This document shows, piece by piece, positions 19,402 to 28,600 of a DNA stretch of 64,000 nucleotides. Position numbers and translations under genes: made by a program. Under the pieces are notes generated by a model. The model was not told the DNA's origin. It searched no databases and saw only the letters and a program-made list of their open reading frames with translations. This DNA is from a candidate division WOR-3 bacterium (GTDB lineage Bacteria; Hydrothermota; Tepidihabitantia; Tepidihabitantales; Tepidihabitantaceae): the NCBI GenBank assembly GCA_965649225.1, contig CBFGJX010000002.1, positions 114,477-178,476 on the forward strand. Direction: 5' to 3'. Numbering within the stretch: the stretch's first letter is position 1; every line of letters begins with the position of its first letter.

Positions 19402-20739
19402 TCATACTACACCCTGATCGATCATCGCATCGGCAACCTTGACAAATCCAGCGATGTTGGCGCCCTTGACATAGTTGACCCAACCACCTTCATCGCCGTA
19501 AGCAAGGCACTGCTCGTGGATCGCCTTCATGATATCCCGGAGTCGCCGGTCAACTTCCTCACTCGACCACGACAACCGTAGGCTGTTCTGAGACATCTCC
19601 AGCCCGGACGTTGCCACACCACCGGCATTTGAGGCCTTACCGGGGGAATACAGAATCTTGCTGGCCGCAAAAACCCGCTGCGCTTCCGGCGTGCAGGGCA
19701 TGTTGGCGCCTTCTCCTACACATCGGCAGCCGTTTTTGACCAGCATTTCGGCATCGGATTTGTCGAGTTCATTCTGAGTCGCACACGGCAGCGCGATATC
19801 GACCTTCACTTCCCAAGGTCGCCGTCCGGCCACAAACTTTGCCTTGAACCGGTCGGCATAGTCCTGGACCCGGTCACGCCGGCTGGCACGCATCTCAAGC
19901 ATGTACTCAATCTTCTCCCCTTTGACGCCATCTGGGTCATAGACATACCCATCCGGACCGGACAGTGTGACAACCTTGGCGCCAAGCTCGGTGGCCTTCT
20001 TGGCAGCACCCCACGCTACATTGCCAAAGCCGGATATTGCGACGGTCTTGCCGGCGATATCCTCGCCCTTCGTTTTCAGCATCTCGGTGACAAAGTAAAC
20101 CAGTCCGTAGCCGGTAGCCTCCGGCCGCATCAGGCTGCCACCCCAGTTGATACCCTTCCCGGTCAGAACACCGGTAAACTCGTTGCGCAAGCGACGATAC
20201 TGCCCGAACAAATAGCCAATCTCGCGGCCACCGACACCGATATCACCAGCCGGGACATCGGTGTCCGGTCCGATATGTTTGGCCAGTTCGGTCATGAATG
20301 ACTGACAGAAGCGCATCACCTCGTTCTCGGACCTGCCGGTTGGATCGAAATCAGAACCGCCCTTGCCTCCGCCCATCGGCAGCGTCGTCAGAGCGTTCTT
20401 GAAGACCTGCTCGAAAGCCAGAAACTTCAGGATACTCAGATTGACGCTGCGATGAAAACGCAACCCACCCTTGTACGGGCCGATGGCACCATTCATCTGA
20501 ATCCGGTAGCCACGATTGATTTGTACTTCACCCTTGTCATCAATCCATGGGACCCGGAAAATCACCACCCTTTCGGGTTCGGCAATTCTCTCCAGAATCT
20601 TGTGCTGGCGGTAACGAGGATGGGCCTCAATGTATGGCATCAGCGTCTCGGCGACCTCACGCACCGCCTGGTGAAATTCGGTCTCACCCGGATTCTTGGC
20701 TATGACGGCCGCCATGAACCGTTCGACTGCATCCGACAT
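19402..20739 (-). CDS. gdhA: NADP-specific glutamate dehydrogenase
   Basis: GPYKGGLRFH, MGGGKGGSDF, DVPAGDIGVG, RPEATGYG, GFGNV, GANIAGF; AGGAGG SD before ATG 20739. Confidence 0.96.
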   Translation of the reverse strand: MSDAVERFMAAVIAKNPGETEFHQAVREVAETLMPYIEAHPRYRQHKILERIAEPERVVIFRVPWIDDKGEVQINRGYRIQMNGAIGPYKGGLRFHRSVNLSILKFLAFEQVFKNALTTLPMGGGKGGSDFDPTGRSENEVMRFCQSFMTELAKHIGPDTDVPAGDIGVGGREIGYLFGQYRRLRNEFTGVLTGKGINWGGSLMRPEATGYGLVYFVTEMLKTKGEDIAGKTVAISGFGNVAWGAAKKATELGAKVVTLSGPDGYVYDPDGVKGEKIEYMLEMRASRRDRVQDYADRFKAKFVAGRRPWEVKVDIALPCATQNELDKSDAEMLVKNGCRCVGEGANMPCTPEAQRVFAASKILYSPGKASNAGGVATSGLEMSQNSLRLSWSSEEVDRRLRDIMKAIHEQCLAYGDEGGWVNYVKGANIAGFVKVADAMIDQGVV

Positions 20740-20828
20740 GTGTCCTCCTGACAATGTGGTATCAAATGAACCTGGTTATCCAGCATGACCCTTTGCGACA
20801 GACCGTTCGGGTGTAGTGCTGGGAGCGC

Positions 20829-20856
20829 ATTATAACCGCTTCCGGATACGGGTCAA
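20829..20856 (-). promoter_or_regulatory. sigma70-type promoter of gdhA
   Basis: TTGACC (20856-20851), 16 nt, TATAAT (20834-20829). Confidence 0.7.
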
Positions 20857-20899
20857 TGCCAACCACCCCCGTCTCCGGAAGGTTTCAACTCAGTTTGCG

Positions 20900-21397
20900 C
20901 TAAACATTCAACCAACGTACTTGTCGCAGCAGGGCCAGCACCTCAACCCAGGTGCGAAAGAACAACAGCTCACGGGCAACCCATGAACGCGCAACCTGCT
21001 GCACAAATCCGGGGTCGCTGCGGCCCAAAAAATTCAGCAGCACGCGAAAGAAAACATGGCCGACTGCATAAGCCGAGGCAAGACCGGCAACCAACGCCAA
21101 AAGGTAATTGAACGCGCCGAGGCCAAAGCACAACGCCCCGTTCAGCAACAAAGCCAGCAGCAGCGCGGCAGCGAAAGCCAGCAGAAACAGCCCGACATAA
21201 GTAAGTAACGGGTCCAGCCCGAGCAACCCGGCAACGCTGCGATGCACAGAGTTCACCCCCCAGACGGCCAGTACCAACAAGACAGTTTCGTAGAAAACCC
21301 GGGAAAAGTCTCTGATTCCCCGCAGAAACTGCACTGCTGTCCCGGTCGCCAGGACCGCAATTCCCACCCAATCCAGCGCGGTGTAGCGCAAAATCAC
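20900..21397 (-). CDS. Membrane protein, CvpA-like
   Basis: N-terminal LDW...RG pattern and about four hydrophobic segments; GTG start inferred. Confidence 0.55.
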   Translation of the reverse strand: MILRYTALDWVGIAVLATGTAVQFLRGIRDFSRVFYETVLLVLAVWGVNSVHRSVAGLLGLDPLLTYVGLFLLAFAAALLLALLLNGALCFGLGAFNYLLALVAGLASAYAVGHVFFRVLLNFLGRSDPGFVQQVARSWVARELLFFRTWVEVLALLRQVRWLNV

Positions 21398-21411
21398 CGC
21401 CGGTCTCCAGA

Positions 21412-21666
21412 CTAGTCGGTCTCGCTGGAAACCGGCCGTTTGAAAAACATCACTGCCCGGGTAATGATACCGGTCTGTTCGCTCCCTGCCGACACCGCCA
21501 CAAGTTCCCAACCCTCCGCCCCGAGCGTGTTGACATAGTCCTCTACACCTTCCATAGTGGTTCTGGGCTTTTTCTCGCCGGGGACCTCAACGCCCCAGCG
21601 GGCCATCTTCAATATCGGGCTGATGTTCAGGTCGATCTGGAGAAAACGGTATTCCCATCGGGTCAC
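21412..21666 (-). CDS. DUF4177-like small protein
   Basis: WEYR...NTLGAEGWELV...FFKRP; AAGGAG SD before GTG 21666. Confidence 0.8.
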   Translation of the reverse strand: MTRWEYRFLQIDLNISPILKMARWGVEVPGEKKPRTTMEGVEDYVNTLGAEGWELVAVSAGSEQTGIITRAVMFFKRPVSSETD

Positions 21667-21926
21667 AAGAAACTCCTTTTGCTTGCGGTATCGTATCCCA
21701 ACACCACCAGCAGTCAAGCGGACAGTCAGCCCGAGCAACAACGGCGTGCCCCGGCCAGAATCAGCGAAAACACAACCCGGCCGGCGACAAGGCTATGGTC
21801 AACCGGTAAGCGCAACTCGTCACCGCTCGCAAGAGACAAGCTGGACACCCTGCCAGTCAAGACGATGGGCCGGTTCGTGCAAAGAACTTGATTGACAAAA
21901 CGAGTTGAACCGGAGATATTGAGCCG

Positions 21927-22694
21927 GTGCGCCGCAACATGATACCAGCTGGTGTCGCAAGAAAATACTCAAAGACAATCTCGGCCACCGCTGGCTTTCT
22001 GGCCTCGCATGGCTGGGCGGAGGCCAACGCCGGCAACCTGTCGATCCGGCTGAAACTGCCGAACAAACTGACTGGCCGGCCCCTCCTTCTCCCGCTGTCG
22101 GTACCGGAACTGATTGGCTGTTCACTGCTGATCAAGTGCGCGGGCGCAAGGATGCGTGACCTCGCCCGCCAACCATCCCGCAATCTCTGCCTGGTATCCA
22201 TCAAGACTGCGGAGTCAGCCCTTGTCGTCGGCGGCAGACCATCTTCAGAATTGACCGCGCACCTCGCCGCCCATTCGGTATTGATCCAGCACCGTCCGAC
22301 CGAACGGGTGTTTCTGCACACCCACCCTACTGCAATCATCGCTCTTTCGCTTCGATCCAGCAACCATCAGCTCCCGGCACTGCTCGAACGCATGCACACT
22401 GAAGCACCGCTGTTTCTGCCGGATAACCTTACTGCCCTGCCGTTCTATCCACCGGGCAGCCTCGCGCTGGGAAAGGCGACAGCCAGCGCACTCGTCCGAT
22501 TCCGTGCCGTCATCTGGTATGGGCACGGCATCGTCGTCTCGGCTACTGACCTCCCTGCTGCAGTTGACATGGTCGAAGTGGCGGAAAAATGTGCTTACAT
22601 CGCCTTATTGTCAGGAGGAGCCGGCAACGGCCGGGTCGGTCTTACAGCCAGTCAATGCCGGAAAATCCGCCGCTCGTTGCTCGAGAAGTCCTGA
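21927..22694 (+). CDS. Class II aldolase, rhamnulose-1-phosphate aldolase-like
   Basis: GWAEANAGNLS, PSSELTAH, LHTHPT, IWYGHG; promoter TTGACA(21892)-17-GATATT. Confidence 0.8.
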   Translation: MRRNMIPAGVARKYSKTISATAGFLASHGWAEANAGNLSIRLKLPNKLTGRPLLLPLSVPELIGCSLLIKCAGARMRDLARQPSRNLCLVSIKTAESALVVGGRPSSELTAHLAAHSVLIQHRPTERVFLHTHPTAIIALSLRSSNHQLPALLERMHTEAPLFLPDNLTALPFYPPGSLALGKATASALVRFRAVIWYGHGIVVSATDLPAAVDMVEVAEKCAYIALLSGGAGNGRVGLTASQCRKIRRSLLEKS

Positions 22695-22704
22695 TTACAG
22701 TGGC

Positions 22705-23334
22705 ATGAGACCGTCTCACCACCGTCGTGGACGTTCACTCCAGGGTCACATCGAGCCCGATGGAATCGAGACCTTCTACGAAGTGCGGACCTGCGATTCA
22801 AATCTGCCACCCGCTGAATTCGCGCAACTGCCCCGTCTGGCGGTTCACATCGTCCTCGACAATCTGCGCAGCGCTTTCAATGTCGGCTCAATCTTTCGCC
22901 TCGCCGACGCAATCCGCGCCGCTGAAGTCATCACCTGCGGCTACACTGCTCACCCACCACATCACAAACTGGAACAGACAGCTCTCGGCACCACTGCATC
23001 GGTGCCAACCCGGCACTTTGCTGATACCCCGATGGCTCTCTGGTCGCTCCGCAACTCCGGTTGTCGAATTGTCGGTGTCGAAACCGTCTACAACTCGCCG
23101 CCCTATTATCAACTCGAACTTCGCTTCCCACTGGCTCTGGTGTTCGGCAACGAAGCGATGGGTATCCAGCAGCCGGCACTCGCTCTTTGCGACTCGGTCA
23201 TACACCTGCCGGTTCTGGGCTACAAAAACTCGGTGAACGTGGCAGCCGCGGTCGCAGTCGTGCTCTACGATGTCGCCCGCCGCGCCGACTGGCTAACCAC
23301 GGCGCCAGCAATCATCCGCCCCGGTCTCACCTGA
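22705..23334 (+). CDS. TrmH/SpoU-family RNA 2'-O-methyltransferase
   Basis: LDNLRSAFNVGSIFR, FGNEAMG, KNSVNVA (SPOUT motifs). Confidence 0.9.
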   Translation: MRPSHHRRGRSLQGHIEPDGIETFYEVRTCDSNLPPAEFAQLPRLAVHIVLDNLRSAFNVGSIFRLADAIRAAEVITCGYTAHPPHHKLEQTALGTTASVPTRHFADTPMALWSLRNSGCRIVGVETVYNSPPYYQLELRFPLALVFGNEAMGIQQPALALCDSVIHLPVLGYKNSVNVAAAVAVVLYDVARRADWLTTAPAIIRPGLT

Positions 23335-25690
23335 TGACGGTAAATGATACTGCACGACTGGACCGGCCGTCGGCCCGGACGATTAAACGATGATGTCCTG
23401 GAACAAGTTGCCAGAATATCTGGTCCTCACCACTGCATTGCGCTATCTCCCTGCCGTCCAGAATCCACGCAACCGCAATGCTGGCCCGCGGCAGCTTCGC
23501 CCGCAGGCGAACAGCCTGAGCTGACGGGCTCACGTTCGGGTCAATCTTGAAAACGTCGCCATCGTCCGGGAAAACCACTTCCGGCTCTTCCCCTGCCGTA
23601 CCCCCATCTCCGGCATACGAGGCGTCCTGCTCGAAATCAGCCCCGGCCGAAACTGTTGTTCCGCCATCCAACCACACTGACAGTTCCGGCGGTGGCACAA
23701 AAACAGCCCGCCTGCTGAGCTCACCAGCCGGGGTGGTGGCATCAGCCTGCCGGCCGGTACGTCGGTCAACAAGGACAAAACGGTGGACGGAACAGCTGTC
23801 GCTCGGTTCGGTGCCCGTTGTGAATAGCTCCTCAACCGCTGCCGCACAGGCAGTGCCAGCCAGTTTTCCGCTGTAGGGGCAGACGCGAACCCGGGCAATA
23901 CCGGCGGGTTCGGCCATCCGCGCCGGCTCGGTCGCGTGAAGGCTGAGCATTATATCCCGCAGCAGGGGTCCGGCCCCGGTCAGGCCGGAAACGCCCCGCA
24001 TCGGGTCCCCGTTGAAATTGCCAACCCAGACCCCGACAACATAGCTATCAGTGTAACCCACTGCCCAGTTGTCGCGGCAGTCTTTTGAAGTACCTGTTTT
24101 CACTGCACAGTCGAATGGCAGCGCCAGACAGGAAAACTGGCCAAACGCGCCCCGGCGTGCCCCGTCATCGCGGAGAATGTCTGTCACGAGATAGGCCGTC
24201 GTCGGAGCAAGGACGCGACGTCGTGTGCTCACCGCCGAGCCTGCCAGCCAGCGAACCGGTGAATACCAACCCCCATTGGCCAGTACCCGGTAAGCGTTGG
24301 TCAGCTCCAGCAAGCAGACCTCACCCGTGCCCAGCACCAGACCACGACCGTAGTGCCCGGCCGGACGGTCGAGACTGGCAAATCCAACCGACCGCAGCAG
24401 CGCCAACAGCGCCTCGGCGCCAAGCTCGTCCACCAGGCGCACTGCGGGTATGTTATAGGAACACGCCAGGGCAGTACGGGCAGTCACAAGCCCATGATAC
24501 TGGCGGTCACAGTTGCGTGGGGAGTAATCGCCGCCCGGCTCGGCGAAATGGTGCGGAACGTCCAGCAGAACCGTCGCCGGCCCCTTGCCGTGTTCAAACG
24601 CCAGCGCATAAGCAAAAGGTTTCAAGGTCGAACCGGGCTGGCGCCGGGCAAGCGCAGCATTATACTGCCCGCCTTCGGCTGCGAAATAGTCGCGCGACCC
24701 CACCATCGCCAGAATGTCGCCGCTGCGGCGGTCAAGTACCACAACCGCGCCGTTTCCAGCACCTGCCTGTTCCAGTCGTCGCAGCTGCCCATCAAGCAGA
24801 GCCTCGCAGGCTGACTGAAGCTTCCAGTCGAGCGAAGTCTTCAACAACCGAAGCTGGCGGCGTTCGGATTGACCGAGCCGGCTGACGACTGCATCAGTGA
24901 AGTGCGGAGCACGAAACCGCCGTCGCGGTGGCACCAGCGCCAGACTTTCAGCCAAAGCCGCTGTCAGTTGTTCATCGCTGATTACATGCAACTTGTGCAA
25001 CCGGTTGAGTATCCACCGCTGCCGCCGCAGTGCCGCCGACCGCTGTCGGAAAGGGTCGTAGCCAGTCGGCGACCGCGGAATCGCCGCCAGCAGACAAGAC
25101 TGAGCCAGCGACAGTTCACCGGGTAGCCGGTCAAAATACAACCGCGCCGCAGCACCGACGCCGTAGGCCTGATTGCCAAAACAAACCCGATTGAGATAGG
25201 CTTCCAGAATCTCATCTTTGCTCAAGTGCGCTTCGAGCCGCAGAGCCAGCGCGGCCTCGGCAAGTTTCACCGATAGAGTACGCCGCCGCCCGCGAGCCAG
25301 GTTACGGGCCAGTTGCTGGGTAATGGTCGAGCCTCCGGCAACAACCCGCCCGCGGCGGAGATTTTCGAACATCGAGCGCACCACAGCCAGCGGGTCAATC
25401 CCGAAGTGATAGCGAAAGCGCTGGTCCTCCGCAGCAACTACCGCCGCGCCCAGCCAGGGTCCGACTGAATCCAACGAAGTCCAGCCGGTGACTCCGCAGT
25501 CGGAGCCCGGCACTTCCCGCAAAACGATCCCGTTTCGGTCGGTGATGACCAGCGAGGCCAGCCGGTCCCCGCGCAGGAAACTGCGCGGCACCGGCCGCAG
25601 CACGAAAGAGAGTACAAGCGCCGGCCCGGCCAGCAGAACCAGCGCCGCCGCTACTTCACGTCGACCCACTGCTGACTGGTCCGACCCCAC
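23327..25690 (-). CDS. pbpC: Penicillin-binding protein 1C
   Basis: AEDQRF, GGSTITQQL, PGSTLKP, SYN, KTGT, C-terminal BiPBP domain; directly follows the A2M gene. Confidence 0.9.
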   Translation of the reverse strand: MGSDQSAVGRREVAAALVLLAGPALVLSFVLRPVPRSFLRGDRLASLVITDRNGIVLREVPGSDCGVTGWTSLDSVGPWLGAAVVAAEDQRFRYHFGIDPLAVVRSMFENLRRGRVVAGGSTITQQLARNLARGRRRTLSVKLAEAALALRLEAHLSKDEILEAYLNRVCFGNQAYGVGAAARLYFDRLPGELSLAQSCLLAAIPRSPTGYDPFRQRSAALRRQRWILNRLHKLHVISDEQLTAALAESLALVPPRRRFRAPHFTDAVVSRLGQSERRQLRLLKTSLDWKLQSACEALLDGQLRRLEQAGAGNGAVVVLDRRSGDILAMVGSRDYFAAEGGQYNAALARRQPGSTLKPFAYALAFEHGKGPATVLLDVPHHFAEPGGDYSPRNCDRQYHGLVTARTALACSYNIPAVRLVDELGAEALLALLRSVGFASLDRPAGHYGRGLVLGTGEVCLLELTNAYRVLANGGWYSPVRWLAGSAVSTRRRVLAPTTAYLVTDILRDDGARRGAFGQFSCLALPFDCAVKTGTSKDCRDNWAVGYTDSYVVGVWVGNFNGDPMRGVSGLTGAGPLLRDIMLSLHATEPARMAEPAGIARVRVCPYSGKLAGTACAAAVEELFTTGTEPSDSCSVHRFVLVDRRTGRQADATTPAGELSRRAVFVPPPELSVWLDGGTTVSAGADFEQDASYAGDGGTAGEEPEVVFPDDGDVFKIDPNVSPSAQAVRLRAKLPRASIAVAWILDGREIAQCSGEDQIFWQLVPGHHRLIVRADGRSSRAVSFTVIR

Positions 25691-28600
25691 ACTTCGGGCG
25701 TGTACATCTCCTCACACCGTGTCGCCGGCATCAGGAAGCGACCAGCCGTCTGCGTTCGCACCAGATAGGTCCGTGTGTATGAACCTCGCCTAAGATAGGT
25801 GGCAAAGAGCAGGTAGCGGTCTGCCCGCAGCTGTTCGAGGTCAAAATCGCCCCACCAGCCGCCAGTGTCCTCACGCCGCGCCGCAGCCAGTTTCTCGGCG
25901 CTCAGCCGGCTTTCGGTCTCAAACGACGTATTGACAATTTCGAATCCGGCCGGCAGCGGGTCGTCCACGACCACAAACAGTCGGTCCTGCCCGGTAGTAA
26001 TACGCAGAGTGACGGTGTAAAGCTCGCCCCTTTTGAAACCGGTCATCCTTCCGGTGAACGGCCGAATCGTCTTCTCGACCCCGAAGCCGTTGTCGACTGA
26101 GGCCGGGTCGGCGCGACGGCAGTAGCTCAGTCGGAGTCCGTAGTACAGCCGGCCCGCACCCGTTCTCTCGACGGCCACAGATTGCCGCACGCCGCGTTTG
26201 AGCGCGTCAATCGGTACAACCCGGCGCTGCGTCGCAAGCGTCCGCCCAACAAGCGTCGCCTCGAGAATCGCCCGACCCTCGAGCCGTACGGCCACGCGCA
26301 GGTCCGGCCGCACCGACTCGTAACGGCGGTAAAACGTTGTCAGCGCATCAAACACTGCGGCATTCTCCTGGGTCGTGCGCCAGCGTGCCGACTTGCGTTC
26401 GTTCACCAGCCAGCGAACTACGTTGTCGGCCAGCTCGTATCGGCCGCGTGCTTCGAGCAGAGCCTGCAGCACCAGCGCAGTTGTACGGACGTTGGAATGG
26501 AACAACCAGCCACCCTCGACCGCCTCCTCGTAGTGCGCGGTCGTCGGTGCGACCTTCACCAGATTGTCCAGCTCACGGGCAATGCTGATCTTGAGCTTCT
26601 CATCACCGACCAGGACCGCCGTCTTCAGCAGCAGTGCCCGGCCATAGACCGACATCTGCTCCCGGCGCTCGAACAGTGCGGTCAGGTCGGAAAGCGGCTT
26701 CGCCCCGGTGAGGGCCAGTCCATAAACGGCCAGTGCCCGCGTGGTCAGCCGCTCGTCGGTCGAATAGGGCCACTGGTCCAAGCCGTCGCGGCCGGCAAGC
26801 CAGCCGCCCAGATAGCCGATGGCACGCTCCAGCATCCTCCGGTCAACCGCGAACCCGGCCTGCCGGGCCTCGGCCAGCACGGCGACGCAGTAGGCGGTCA
26901 GCCACGGCGAAGCCTGTTCTTTGGGGTCAGCCCAGAACCCGAACCCGCCCGAGTGTTGCTGGTACCGCGGCACCTGTGCCAGCTCGGCATTGACGAAATC
27001 ACGCAAAGCCTTGCCCCGCAGCTCGGAAAGAGCAAAGTCGTTGATGACCGCCTCGCCCTTGATGAACGGCAGAATTTTGGACAACCGCTGCTCCAGACAG
27101 TCATAGGGATAAGTCCGCAGCCACTCCAGCCCACGCTCCAGCCCGGCCAGTCCGGACGACGCCAGCGTCACCTCCAGCCCGCCGACGCCGGTGAGCGCAT
27201 CGGCCGGCACCTCGACCCAGTGCTGGGCTCCGGCCGAGTCGGTATTTTCGTAGATGGCGTAGGCCTCGGTCGGAACTGGCGCGCGCACCGGCAATTCAAG
27301 CTTGAGCCCGTCGCGTCCAACCCCGGCCTCGGCGGTGAACTCGAACCCGGCCCGATCCCCGCCCGTGCAGCGGTAGTGGAACAGCACCTCGACCGCGCGA
27401 TTCGGCGGCACGGCAACCGTCTTGCGCGCTTCGCCAGTCAGTTCCAGTCCCTTGCCCGCGACTGCACGAACGGTCACGCTCTGCTCCCGTTCGGTGCGGT
27501 TGTGCACGATCACGCCGCCGTCGAACTCGTCTTCGGGCCGACAGAACCGCGGCAGCGATGGCGATAACAGCAACGGCTGATTTGTGCGGAACTGGGTATC
27601 GGCCGACCCGAACCGGTCAACCGTGCTGGCAACGGCCATCACCTGCCACTGCGTCAGGTTGTCGGGCAGATCAAACTCGACTCGCGCCCGGCCGGTCTCG
27701 TCGGTCATCACTGCCGGCAGCCACAACGCAGTCTCAAGGAAATTCTGCCGGTAAGCGAACTCGTACCCGTCCCGCTTCGGAGCGCCAGCCGCTTCACCGT
27801 CACCGGCCTGCGCTTCGCCCTTCTCACCATAGTTGCGTTGGCCGATGACGTGCAGGCGCGACTCCGCGGTCGCGACCGACAATGGCCGGCGCGAATAGAA
27901 CACGCCAAACGGGTCCGGTGTTGCAAACCCGGTCAGCTTCAGCACCCCGAGGTCCACGACCGCCACGGTCACCTCAGCGCGCCGGCCCTGACCAGCGGCG
28001 TCCTTGACCGCAAGCTCAAGCTTCACCCGGCTGCCCGGTCGGTACTCGGCCCGGTCTGGTGCAACGCTGATACGCAGCCGTTTCAGGTCAGGCAGGACTG
28101 GCAACTCGACATAGCCGACCTTGATACCCGGCTTGCCCAGGTCATCGCCCTGCTCCGAGAACTCGTTCCGTGCTGTCCTGCCCTTCACCAGCACCACCGA
28201 CACGAACACGTTAGGCAGATACTCAGGTTTGATCGGGACTGCAATCGCTCCCGCCGTACCGTCAAGCCGGGTGATGAAGTGATCGATGACATTCTCGCGC
28301 TCGACTGTCACCAGCGCCCGCACGCCGGCCCACGGCGACTGCACCATTATCCGTGCAGTATCTCCCGGTGAATAAGACTCCCGGTCGCGCCGCAGCTCCG
28401 CCATGTCGTCATCACGCTGCATCCAGGCCGCTTCGCCTGGACCGCTGACCCAGAACTGGGTCTCGGTCCGCGCCGGCCGGCGCTTGCGGTCCTGAGCTTC
28501 GAGTCGCAGGACATAGCTGCCAGGCTTGTCCGGCCGGAATTCAACCCGTACCGGTTCGGCCGCGCTGCGCACCTTGAAGGTCTTGACCTTCACGTCCCGG